Part shown: positions 35,501 to 45,918 of the stretch, one piece after another | Numbering within the stretch: position 1 is the stretch's first letter | Layout of the letters: every line of letters starts with the position of its first letter | NCBI GenBank assembly: GCA_950097015.1 | Contig: CATNEN010000039.1 | Location: 4,898,001 to 4,962,000, forward strand | Reading direction: 5' to 3' | DNA from: Macrostomum hystrix | Lineage: Eukaryota; Animalia; Platyhelminthes | Length of the DNA stretch: 64,000 nucleotides | Translations under genes and position numbers: made by a program | Notes under the pieces: generated by a model | What the model saw: the letters and a program-made list of their open reading frames with translations, nothing else | Told to the model about the DNA's origin: nothing | Database searches by the model: none

Positions 35501-38490
35501 TGAGGATGGGTATGAGCTGAGGATGGGTATGAGCTGAGGATGGGTATGAGCTGAGATGGGTATGAGCTGAGGATGGGTATGAGCTGAGGATGGGTATGAG
35601 CTGAGGATGGGTATGAGCTGAGGATGGGTATGAGCTGAGGATGGGTATGAGCTGAGGATGGGTATGAGCTGAGATGGGTATGAGCTGAGGATGGGTATGA
35701 GCTGAGATGGGTATGAGCTGAGGATGGGTATGAGCTGAGGATGGGTATGAGCTGAGGATGGGTATGAGCTGAGGATGGGTATGAGCTCAGGATGGGTATG
35801 AGCTGAGGATGGGTATGAGCTGAGGATGGGTATGAGCTGAGGATGGGTATGAGCTGAGATGGGTATGAGCTGAGGATGGGTATGAGCTGAGGATGGGTAT
35901 GAGCTGAGATGGGTATGAGCTGAGGATGGGTATGAGCTGAGGATGGGTATGAGCTGAGGATGGGTATGAGCTGAGGATGGGTATGAGCTCAGGATGGGTA
36001 TGAGCTGAGGATGGGTATGAGCTGAGGATGGGTATAAGCTGAGGATGGGTATGAGCTCAGGATGGGTATGAGCTGAGGATGGGTATGAGCTGAGGATGGG
36101 TATGAGCTGAGGATGGGTATGAGCTGAGGATGGGTATGAGCTGAGGATGGGTATGAGCTGAGGATGGGTATGAGCTGAGGATGGGTATGAGCTGAGGATG
36201 GGTATGAGCTGAGGATGGGTATGAGCTGAGGATGGGTATGAGCTGAGGATGGGTATGAGCTCAGGATGGGTATGAGCTGAGGATGGGTATGAGCTGAGGA
36301 TGGGTATGAGCTCAGGATGGGTATGAGTTTGGATTTAAGATGAGTTTGAGCAGGGATTTTACAAGGATTTGAGTTAAAATTTTAGATGCACTTGAGCAGG
36401 GATTTTGAGCAGTTTGGTCAGTTTTGTCGGTAAAGAAAAATTATAAGTTAGAATTTAACATATTATGTACTTAATTAAAGGACTAAATGGCGTCGATTCC
36501 TTAGATTAAGCAGGGATTTAAGCACCGTAATCAAAGAGCTCAGGTTGGGCACAAGAGCTGAGGGCCTGAACTCACTCATACAGGAATGAGCTAATATGTA
36601 AGCCAGTTAAAAACTCACCTGGAAGCTTTCTACAAAGTTGGAGTTAAAAAAACCATTCATTTTGTAGTCCTTGTAGGTATACGTTACGACGGCTTCTGCG
36701 GGCGATAACTGCGCCTTCACTCGAACATTGAAGCCTGCTACAATACCCATGTACACTGGCTCGCTGGCATTGAGGCCCAGTCCGTTGTCTTGCAGAACTT
36801 TTCGCACGCAGACGCCCACGAAGTTGCAGAAGGTTGACATGTGGGCCCGGCGAATGGACGGAGTCAGAACAAATGCCTGCCTATCGATGGACTCAAACAT
36901 GTGCTCATCAGTAGTGTTCTCGCCACATTCTGTGTTCACGTTGCATACAGCGACCTGCCATAGATGTAGTACGGCTTAATGATCCTCCTGTACTCTCACC
37001 AATGATGTTCCTGTACTCTCCCTAATGATGCTCCTGTACTCTCCCTAATGATGCTCCTGTACTCTCCCTAATGATGCTCCTGTATTCTCACCAATGATAC
37101 TCCTATACTCTCCCTAATGATGCTCCTGTACTCTCCCTAATGATGCTCCTGTACTCTCCCTAATGATGCTCCTGTACTCTCCCTAATGATGCTCCTGTAC
37201 TCTCCCTAATGATGCTCCTGTACTCTCCCTAATGATGCTCCTGTACTCTCCCTAATGATGCTCCTGTACTCTCCCTAATGATGCTCCTGTACTCTCACCA
37301 ATGATCCTCCTGTACTCTCCCTAACGATCCTCCTGTACTCTCACCAATGATGCTCCTGTACTCTCCCTAATGATGCTCCTGTACTCTCCCTAATGATGCT
37401 CCTGTACTCTCCCTAATGATGCTCCTGTACTCTCACCAATGATGCTCCTCTACTCTCACCAATGATGCTCCTGTACTCTCATCAATGATGCTCCTGTACT
37501 CTCACCTGGAAGTAGTTTTCGTTGCAGCCAAAGTCCATTGAGAGGCATTTGCCGGAGAATCGGCCAACTGGAAGAGCCGGAACGTAGAACCAGCGAATCG
37601 GAGTCCCGTTCATATCGCGCTGCCTGTCGGAATGTGAGTACGAGGGAATCGGTTCTACTCAAAATGTAGTTGGGCTGGCTGTGGGTTCAAGCTCAATGGG
37701 ACTGAGTCAAATTCCGAAAATAAACAGCCGCAGATTGGTTGAATCTCACCTGAGCAGGTCGTCAATATTCTTACTTAGAGTGTGCACGAGCTTGTCCATC
37801 ATCAGATCCGAGCGCAATATTTCATACTTCCTAGTGATTATTTCAACCTGGGCGACCCGAGACGGGTGGATCGGGTGGAATACTGCTGAGTAGGTTGCGA
37901 CAGGTTTTCAATCCAGAAACGGAAACTTCGGAAATGGGAAGTTTCGGGGGGTCGGTGGCAGAGCGGTTATCGCGTTCGCCTCTCGCACCAAGGTCCCTGA
38001 GCTCGATTCCATGGCGAGGCCACATTCATTTGGGGCGCAGCCGCGGAGAGAAGGCTTGGGGGCTTGTCGTGCAATTTACGCCCTCGAGGGTCAACCTCCA
38101 AGGCACAGTGAAGTGTACACTGCCTGACAATGAGAAATTCAGGGCAGATGTACACACCTGTGTGAGCGTGTGCCTGCGTACAGTATCTGTGTGCTTGTGT
38201 GCTCAGGAGTCAGCGAAATGGGCAGAATTGCCTCCTCGCTGGCTGCGGGTCTAGTGTCACCAAATGATGTTCCATTGCCCACAGCCGTCCCGCAATTATT
38301 ATTATTATTAAGAGAAGTTCCTGGAAACTGAAATTTTGGAAATGTCTACCAAATCATTCACAGATGGCTGCACAGATGTCGCGTTGCTTGCGCCACTCAG
38401 GGACTCCTCGGCTTTGGAGTGCGCCGACTGAGTCCCTGCTGCTGTGCTTCCAGCTGAGATCTTCTTGTGAAGTCCTCTTCCGATCTCCAT
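32538..38490 (-). CDS. Highly divergent single-domain hexokinase-like protein, about 546 aa. Exons (minus strand) 38490-38350, 37847-37750, 37623-37506, 36954-36619, 35392-34826, 33674-33402, 32645-32538
   Basis: The 1641-nt spliced ORF is in frame. Hexokinase segments are colinear: YVPALPVG..CLSMDFGCNENYFQV, VLNDSVST, IGVVSTRSGANIAFLE, VNPELGANFGPNGELDDF, WECLSSG, ICHAIVRRTSGMLAAAI, IVAFSGSLF. The first exon and start are less certain because its donor (gtagac) is weak. Confidence 0.8.
32718..33388 (+). repeat. Intronic 17-bp minisatellite (gatcccattgtctcaga)
   Basis: About 39 copies. Confidence 0.95.
33713..34817 (+). repeat. Intronic 18-bp G-rich minisatellite (ggttgggtcaggaggtag and variants)
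   Basis: About 61 copies. Confidence 0.96.
35411..36327 (+). repeat. Intronic 17-bp minisatellite (atgagctgaggatgggt)
   Basis: About 54 copies. Confidence 0.96.
36977..37505 (+). repeat. Intronic 23-bp minisatellite (ctcctgtactctccctaatgatg), beginning at the splice donor
   Basis: About 23 copies; the minus-strand unit starts with gtgagagtacag. Confidence 0.94.
37946..38309 (+). mobile_element. tRNA-derived SINE, copy 2 (in intron 1 of the hexokinase-like gene)
   Basis: A box TGGCAGAGCGG (37956), B box GAGCTCGATTCC (37999), (att)n tail, possible degenerate TSD gaagtt(t/c)c. Near-identical to copy 3. Confidence 0.88.
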
Positions 38491-38749
38491 GGCTGAGTGT
38501 GAAAAAAACTCTTGAAAAACTTTTGATTGAATGTATGCCACAAATGCTGCAGTGAATTAGTCAATTCATCAGTGCAAACTGTTAAAAGCTTGTTGATTTT
38601 CATAACTGTTTGACTTTAGTCTACGATCAAAACCCAGAACCGAATGAGGTGAATATTGATTGTGGCCGATAGGCAGAACATGACCCAAGGACTTCTGTAT
38701 ACGAGATTGCATTACATAAGTATATATTACACGCGTAAGTCTTAAAGAA

Positions 38750-40490
38750 AATGAGTGAATGAGGAACTGAGGAAGGGAGTGAATGAGGAACTGAGGAAGG
38801 GAGTGAATGAGGAAATGAGGAAGGGTGTGAATAAGGAAGGGAGTGAATAAGGAAGGGAGTGAATAAGGAAGGGTGTGACTGAGGAAGGGAGTGAATAAGG
38901 AGGGATGTGAATAAGGATGGGTGTGAATAAGGAAGGGTGTGAAAAAGGAAGGGAGTGAATAAGGAAGGGTGTGAATAAGCAAGGGTGTGAATAAGGAAGG
39001 GAGTGAATAAGGATGGGGTGAATAAGGAAGGGAGTGAATAAGGAAGGGAGTGAATAAGGAAGGGTGTGACTGAGGAAGGGAGTGAATAAGGAGGGGTGTG
39101 AATAAGGAAGTGTGTGAAAAAGGAAGGGAGTGAATAAGGAAGGGAGTGAATAAGGAAGGGTGTGACTGAGGAAGGGAGTGAATAAGGAGGGATGTGAATA
39201 AGGATGGGTGTGAATAAGGAAGGGTGTGAATAAGGAAGGGTGTGAATAAGCAAGGGTGTGAATAAGGAAGGGAGTGAATAAGGATGGGTGTGAATAAGGA
39301 AGGGTGTGAAAAAGGAAGGGAGTGAATAAGGAAGGGTGTGAATAAGGAAGGGTGTGAATAAGGAAGGGTGTGAATAAGGAAGGGTGTGAATAAGGAAGGG
39401 TGTGAAAAAGGAAGGGTGTGAATAAGGAAGGGTGTGAATAAGGAAGGGTGTGAATAAGGAAGGGTGTGAATAAGGAAGGGTGTGAATAAGGAAGGGAGTG
39501 AATAAGGAAGGGTGTGAATAAGGAAGGGAGTGAATAAGGAAGGGTGTGACTGAGGAAGGGAGTGAATAAGGAGGGATGTGAATAAGGATGGGTGTGAAAA
39601 AGGAAGAAGGTGAAAAAGGAAGGGAGTGAATAAGGAAGGGTGTGAATAAGGATGGGAGTGAATAAGGAGGGGTGTGAATAAGGAAGTGTGTGAAAAAGGA
39701 AGGGAGTGAATAAGGAAGGGAGTGAATAAGGAAGGGTGTGACTGAGGAAGGGAGGGAATAAGGAGGGATGTGAATAAGGATGGGTGTGAAAAGGAAGGGT
39801 GTGAATAAGGAAGGGTGTGACTGAGGAAGGGAGTGAATAAGGAGGGATGTGAATAAGGAAGGGTGTGAATAAGGAAGGGAGTGAATAAGGAAGGGTGTGA
39901 CTGAGGAAGGGAGTGAATAAGGATGGATGTGAATAAGGATGGGTGTGAAAAAGGAAGAAGGTGAAAAAGGAAGGGAGTGAATAAGGAAGGGTGTGACTGA
40001 GGAAGGGAGTGAATAAGGATGGATGTGAATAAGGATGGGTGTGAAAAAGGAAGAAGGTGAAAAAGGAAGGGAGTGAATAAGGAAGGGTGTGAATAAGGAA
40101 GGGAGTGAATAAGGAGGGGTGTGAATAAGGAAGGGTGTGAATAAGGAAGTGTGTGAAAATGGAAGGGTGTGAATAAGGAAGGGAGTGAATAAGGAAGGGA
40201 GTGAATAAGGAAGGGAGTGAATAAGGAAGGGTGTGACTGAGGAAGGGAGGGAATAAGGAGGGATGTGACTGAGGAAGGGAGTGAATAAGGAGGGATGTGA
40301 ATAAGGATGGGTGTGAATAAGGAAGGGTGTGAATAAGGAAGGGTGTGGATAAGGAGGGATGTGAATAAGGATGGGTGTGAATAAGGAAGGGTGTGAATAA
40401 GGAAGGGTGTGAATAAGGAAGGGTGTGAAAAAGGAAGGGTGTGAATAAGGAAGGGTGTGAATAAGGAAGGGAGTTAATGAGGAACTGAGG
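38750..40490 (+). repeat. 16-bp purine-rich minisatellite (gtgaataaggaagggW)
   Basis: About 108 variant copies. Confidence 0.95.
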
Positions 40491-41185
40491 ATGGGGTATG
40501 CTATGTAGCAGTTGTTGGTATTCGCATTTCATTTCTCAAAATCACTAAAGTCACTAAATGCAATGGGCTGAGCAAATTTGCTCGGAAGCGAGTCCGCAAA
40601 TGCGCTGTGTGGCTGGAACACACACTTCCAGCATACTCATAGATCTACTGGTTGTCAAAACTAGTAGATCTACTAGTAGATCTATGAATGAGACAAACTT
40701 GGCTATCTTTGCCACACATTTCTATTGCAGCCCTCAGTTTTCTATTCTGACCCTGACAGAAACTAGATGCAGCTAGATACAGAGCCAGTGAATTCTAAAT
40801 ACTCCTGGGGTCGGTGGACAGGTGAGGAGCCTCTGTAGATTCTTCTCAAACTCATCCTATTTCGTCTATATTCGGACTCGAAATGGACACGCACACGGAA
40901 AAGGCAAGTGAATCAGAGACAGAAATTTTTCTACACGCTCAACAATGACAAGCCATCGAGCATTCGTTCGAGCAGTCTAGTTTGTTCAAGCACAAACAAA
41001 AGTAGTGGTTGGGGCGGTTGACAGAAATCTCTGATGACTAGAGAAATTATTCATCTTGGGTTGGTTATAAAAATGCCTTCATTTTTTCTTTTTAAACTCG
41101 ACACAAAGGCAGCTCCGCCACTTGAGTTTGAAAGCGCGGGTCAGTCAGGCCTTTTAACTTTTAACTAGAATATTTTCAACCGGCT

Positions 41186-42904
41186 ATGGCGGACTTTCTC
41201 ACTGCATTCGAGTCAATCGACACTGATTTCAGCGGCGAAATCACCAGGGAAGAATTGGAGACCTACTGCAGGAAACAGAACTTCGATGAGCGCTTTGTGC
41301 AGGTAAGAATCCTGTGAGAATACTGTGAGAATCCTGTGAGAATCCTGTGAGAATCCTGTGAGAATCCTGTGAGAATCGTGTCGGAATCCTGTCAGAATCC
41401 TCTCAGAATCCGGTGAGAGGCCTGTGAGAATCCTGTAAGAATCCTGTGAGAATCATGTAAGAATCCTGTGAGAATCCTGTAAGAATCCTGTGAGAATACT
41501 GAAGGAGGAAGGCAGTCAAGAAGGCAGAGGGGTCGTAAACGATGTCGGCAAGTGGCTGCATGAAGGTGAGGTTTCTGTTTTGCAAACCCTGACAATGCTA
41601 TCCAACTCGCCTCCAAAAAAACGCAGAAATGGTTGAACTTGTTTGACGCCGACAATTCGGGCACCATCACCATAGACGAATATTGCGAAACCCTTGGCCT
41701 GAGGCCCAACACGGAGTACATGTGAGAGCTCAAGTTTGAGTACATGATCTGGTCTGAAGTGAATTTTCCAAGATTTTAAATGTCCCAATCGATAATGCTC
41801 CCAAGGGAGAAGGTCGAGGTTCAGCGCACGCAGGCCCCGGTGAAACCCGACGATGAGAAAGACGAGGACTGGATGAACGGAGTCCGCGTCATCGCGTCTG
41901 ACAAAGCAATGACCGACGACTTAATGCGCCAGATTGTGCGCCTGGCGCGAGAGGGCCAAGCCAAGTTCACTGCCGAGAAGGACATCGCCAAGTACGTCAA
42001 GACTGGCCTGGACGAGCTAGACCAGAGCGCGTGGCAGGTGAGATATGCAACCTGATCTCATTTGCTAATACTCAGTTATTCCTCATGGCATAAATTAAAC
42101 ACTTAACTGCGGCAGCCCACCACTCAGTTGACCAAAGCCTCCCAAAACACCCCGAAAGTGCCTCCCCCAAAAACCCCGAAAGTGCCTCCCCCAAAAACCC
42201 CGGAAGTGCCTCCCCAAAAAACCCGAAAGTGCCTCCCCAAACACCCCGGAAGTGCCTCCCCCAAACACCCCGGAAGTGCCTCCCCCAATAACCCCGAAAG
42301 TGCCTCCCCCAAAAACCCCGGAAGTGCCTCCCCAAATACCCCGGAAGTGCCTCCCCCAAAAACCCCGGAAGTGCCTCCCCAAGCACCCCGGAAGTGCCTC
42401 CCCAAGCACCCCGGAAGTGCCTCCCCAAATACCCCGGAAGTGCCTCCCCAAATACCCCGGAAGTGCCTCCCCCAAAAACCCCGGAAGTGCCTCCCCCAAA
42501 AATCCCGAAAGTGCCTCCCCAAACACCCCGAAAGTGCCTCCCCAAATACCCCAGAAGTGCCTCCCCAAATACCCCGGAAGTGCCTCCCCAAATACCCGGA
42601 AGTGCCTCCCCAAACACCCCGGAAGTGCCTACCCCAAATACCCCGGAAGTGCCTCCCCAAATACCCCGGAAGTGCCTCCCCAAATACCCCGGAAGTGCCT
42701 CCCCAAGTCCCTCTGTCGGAAGAACCCCGGGTACCACCTGAAAGCAGCAAGTCATGCTCCTGTCCATGCTCCTGTCTCCGGTCTCCGCAGGTCGTTCTGG
42801 GTCGTTTCAAATACGGCTCATACTGCACACACGAGATTGGCTTTATGACTCACTTCTTTGTGGGACGTTTCGCTTTCCTGGTCTGGCGAACACCGAATTA
42901 CTGA
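41186..42904 (+). CDS. EF-hand + dynein-light-chain domain protein (tegument allergen-like, TAL family), about 185 aa. Exons 41186-41302, 41627-41721, 41806-42037, 42791-42904
   Basis: Two EF-hand loops (DTDFSGEITREE, DADNSGTITIDE) followed by a DLC-like domain (EKDIAKYVKTGLD..WQVVLG..YGSYCTHE..FLVWRTP). 558 nt in frame. Confidence 0.9.
41303..41500 (+). repeat. Intronic 11-bp repeat (gtRagaatcct), starting exactly at the donor site
   Basis: The unit is the donor GTAAG/GTGAG plus aatcct. Confidence 0.88.
42138..42706 (+). repeat. Intronic ~23-bp minisatellite (ccccggaagtgcctccccaaata)
   Basis: About 24 copies. Confidence 0.93.
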
Positions 42905-43959
42905 GAGACCCAGCGGCTGTTGCCGCCTCCTGGTATTGCTGCTCAAAATGATTATTACATAAAAAATTATTTCCTAACAAACATGTGTCCATGGATTTAA
43001 ACAATACCATTAATAAATAACAATAATTGTCTTATCCTAGCTATAAGTAATCAACTATGGATTGGTTGAAAATGTAAAATTCTTTAAATTATTCAATAAA
43101 GTACTTTTCTAAACTGTTTTTTAAATTGAATTACACTTCTTATCTGATGTTCATGGCCAAGAAGATAATTATGTCGTCGCATTGCTAAAATTGCTAAAAT
43201 CTACAGGCCTATGCATAAGGTACATATCTAATGTACATATATACATCATGCATCATAGAAATCCATAGATTTCATACAAAGTCCGGAAACAGCCGAATGT
43301 TGCGTATATCTTGGCCTTTCTTGGCACTTTGCAAAGCAGCAATGCAGCCAGCATCAATCACGAAGGCACAAATATTAAGTGCTGAGTGAACACTGCAAAC
43401 AAAAAATGCGTAAAATTCGTAAAAAATACGAAAATAAAGTAAAACTTTTTTGCCGCGAATTTGAATTTATCTATCTAAGAAAATCGTCTTAAGAAAAAGT
43501 TATTATCGCCGTCATTATGTAAATAGCAATGTTGGGCGCGTTACCAAAAAAGTAACGGCGATGGCGATAACGATCGTTACTTGCCATTTAGTGACGAAAA
43601 AAGTAACGGTTGTTAATTTAAAACGTTACTTTCCGTTTATAATTTTTTTACAAAAATCTGTTTTTTACGTGTAGTTTTGTTTATCAGCCATAACTAATAT
43701 CATGTAGATAATCCCCCGCTAGCATCCCCCTTTTCGGGCAGAATGTAGAATGGTAGAATCAATTAAGAATGCGATTCGGCGTTCAAAAACCCTTACAATC
43801 CAAGCTGACTGTTGGCTTGTTGTCTATGGCCATTCTGGACCCCCAGCACTTCACGACAGAGCAGATAAAACAGCCTATAAATGAATTCAGCAGTTATAGA
43901 GCCAGCTTCAAGCAGCTGTAAATCAAGGGCTGGAATAAATAGATCAGGGGCCATCAGCC

Positions 43960-44301
43960 ATGCCAACCAGCATCAAGCAGTCCTCCAGCTGCCCCAGTCA
44001 GCCGCCGTCGAGTCCCAACGAGGCCAAAGCCGAGGCTCAAGCCAGCCGGGGCCCGTTAAAGTCGGGCGCGGCTGTCGGCTCGGCCGACGAGTTCAAATTC
44101 TTGCTGACCATCAGCGATCTGGTGCAGTCTGACAGGCCTTCCAAACAGCTGGCCAATAAGAAGCCTCCGCTGGCTGCCAAGTCCTCCTGCGGCCGGGCGA
44201 CGAAATCTGGCGAAGACGACGACGAGGCAGCCGAAGACAGCCCAAATGACACATTTAAGGTGCTGCTGACGGGTCTGATGCCCCAGTTAGCCCGTGACTG
44301 A
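43960..44301 (+). CDS. Candidate intronless small orphan protein (113 aa, mostly disordered)
   Basis: GC-rich coding-like island in AT-rich surroundings. TATAAAT at about 43876, gccATG context, AATAAA at 44522. No family recognised. Confidence 0.5.
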   Translation: MPTSIKQSSSCPSQPPSSPNEAKAEAQASRGPLKSGAAVGSADEFKFLLTISDLVQSDRPSKQLANKKPPLAAKSSCGRATKSGEDDDEAAEDSPNDTFKVLLTGLMPQLARD

Positions 44302-44607
44302 CCAACAGCCTGAGGCACGTGTCAAAATTGAGCAAAGCTTCAAACTTGAAATGTTCCAGCAGAACTTTTCCATTCCTTTCCAAGGACACGATTGCTTCCA
44401 TTGACAAGATTCTGTTGTTAAGTTTAGATTAATGCAATATATTTCAGTTTCTGTTTCATTTGTTGCTTAAAGCAACACGGATAAGCAACTCAATGATGTG
44501 AAGCTGGGCAAAGAAAAGAGCAATAAACTGCTCTGGTCTGAGCACACTTTCGCTATCGTGCTTGCATCTGCATCTTCTGAAAAGTAACATTTAATTATTA
44601 TTATATT

Positions 44608-45100
44608 ATTCCTTTCTTTTCCTTTCCTTTTCATTTCCTTTCCATTTGTCTCCTTTCATTTCCCTTGCCTTCCATTCCTTTCCTTTCTTTTCCTTTCCTT
44701 TCCTTTCCCTTCCTTTCCTTTCCTTTCCTTTCCCTTCCTTTCCTTTCCTTTCCTTTCCCTTCCTTTCCTTTCCTTTCATTTCCTTTCCCTTCCTTTCCTT
44801 TCCCTTCCTTCCCTTTCCTTTCCTTTCCCTTCCTTTCCTTTCCTTTCCTTTCCCTTCCTTTCCTTTCCTTTCCTTTCCTTTCCTTTCCTTTCCCTTCCTT
44901 TCCTTTCCTTTCCTTTCCCTTCCTTTCCTTTCCTTTCCTTTCCTTTCCTTTCCTTTCCTTTCGCTTCCTTTCTTTTTTCCTTTCCTTTCCTTTCCTTTGC
45001 TTCCTTTCCTTTCATTTCCTTTCCTTTCCTTTCCTTTCATTTCCTTTCCTTTCCTTTCATTTCCTTTCCTTTCCTTTCCTTTCATTTCCTTTCCTTTGCT
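44608..45100 (+). repeat. (ttcct)n pyrimidine microsatellite
   Basis: Seen directly. Confidence 0.95.
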
Positions 45101-45918
45101 TCCTTTCCCACCCTTTCCTTTCCCATTCTTTCCCTTTCATATATTTCTCTCCCCTTTATTTACTTTCATTGAGTTCCCTTTTTCTTTCAATTCCCCTACG
45201 TTCCAATACTTTCCATCCTTCGTTTCTTTTATTTTACTTCCTTTGCTTTCTCTCCCAGCCTTTTTTCCTACATTTTCTTAATCTTTTTTTCCTTTCCTAT
45301 TTTTACTTACAAAGAATATAGTTTTGCAGTAGCTATCCCAGCTAATGGTTCTCATATATGTATATAACAGTATTCACCTACGCGACAAGCTGAGGCGATT
45401 TGAAGTTATTTGAAGTGCTGAGTCGAAGCGAGGCTCGTCGCGCATTTTTTAATGTTTAAAAAACTCTCAGATAGCACTTGCAACACAGGCGCTTGTTTCA
45501 AGAAATTAGCATACAGACAGGAGAGAATCGTTTAGTGTCATGTCCTCAATTCTTAGCCGCGGGTGCATATTATGCGCGAAATCTAAATTAACTTAGGGCT
45601 GCATGAGAACAGTTTTCCTCCTAATTAAAATTTTATTTTGCTATTTGGAAAATGTTTCGCTTCTGAAACTGCAAATTTGCTTATCAAATTAACCGCGCAA
45701 TGCAATTGCACCTGAGTGTAGATTGGCTAAACCTTACTCTGCACTATCTGGCTATAGGCAGTGTTGATTAATGATTCTGTCAACAAGGGGGTAGCAACTG
45801 AACTGGTTGAGTTGGCTTCTCGAATGGCAAAGTAGGCACGCAGTTTCATATTTAATTAGACAGCCCCGATTTAGAAGGTATTCGATTTTTTGTATTCGAT
45901 ATTTTTTGTTCGAGCGGA

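Noticed and set aside
36977-37505. 11-nt microexons (ag|GAGCATCATTG|gtgag) within the 23-bp repeat
   Set aside because: The flanking exons already join in phase 0 (NYFQ|VAV) and restore the phosphate-1 region; an 11-nt insert would frameshift.
37456-37662. ORF-track frame (…RKLLPG…) as the coding frame of this exon
   Set aside because: A different frame (YVPALPVGRFSGKCLSMDFG) matches hexokinase and fits the splice phases.
37946-38022. Functional tRNA gene
   Set aside because: A and B boxes are present, but the anticodon and acceptor stems do not pair well and the sequence continues into a shared SINE body in three copies.
38742-40532. 596-aa ORF and other repeat-derived ORFs (6025-7149, 9157-9752, 22765-23772, 24170-25290, 32755-33527, 42072-42848, 44606-45321, 55350-56036)
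   Set aside because: They are open in several frames simply because the repeat units lack stop codons, and no domain is supported apart from overlaps with the real exons listed above.
40639-40685. Palindromic cluster agtagatctact
   Set aside because: Short, single and without supporting context; likely a local slippage product.
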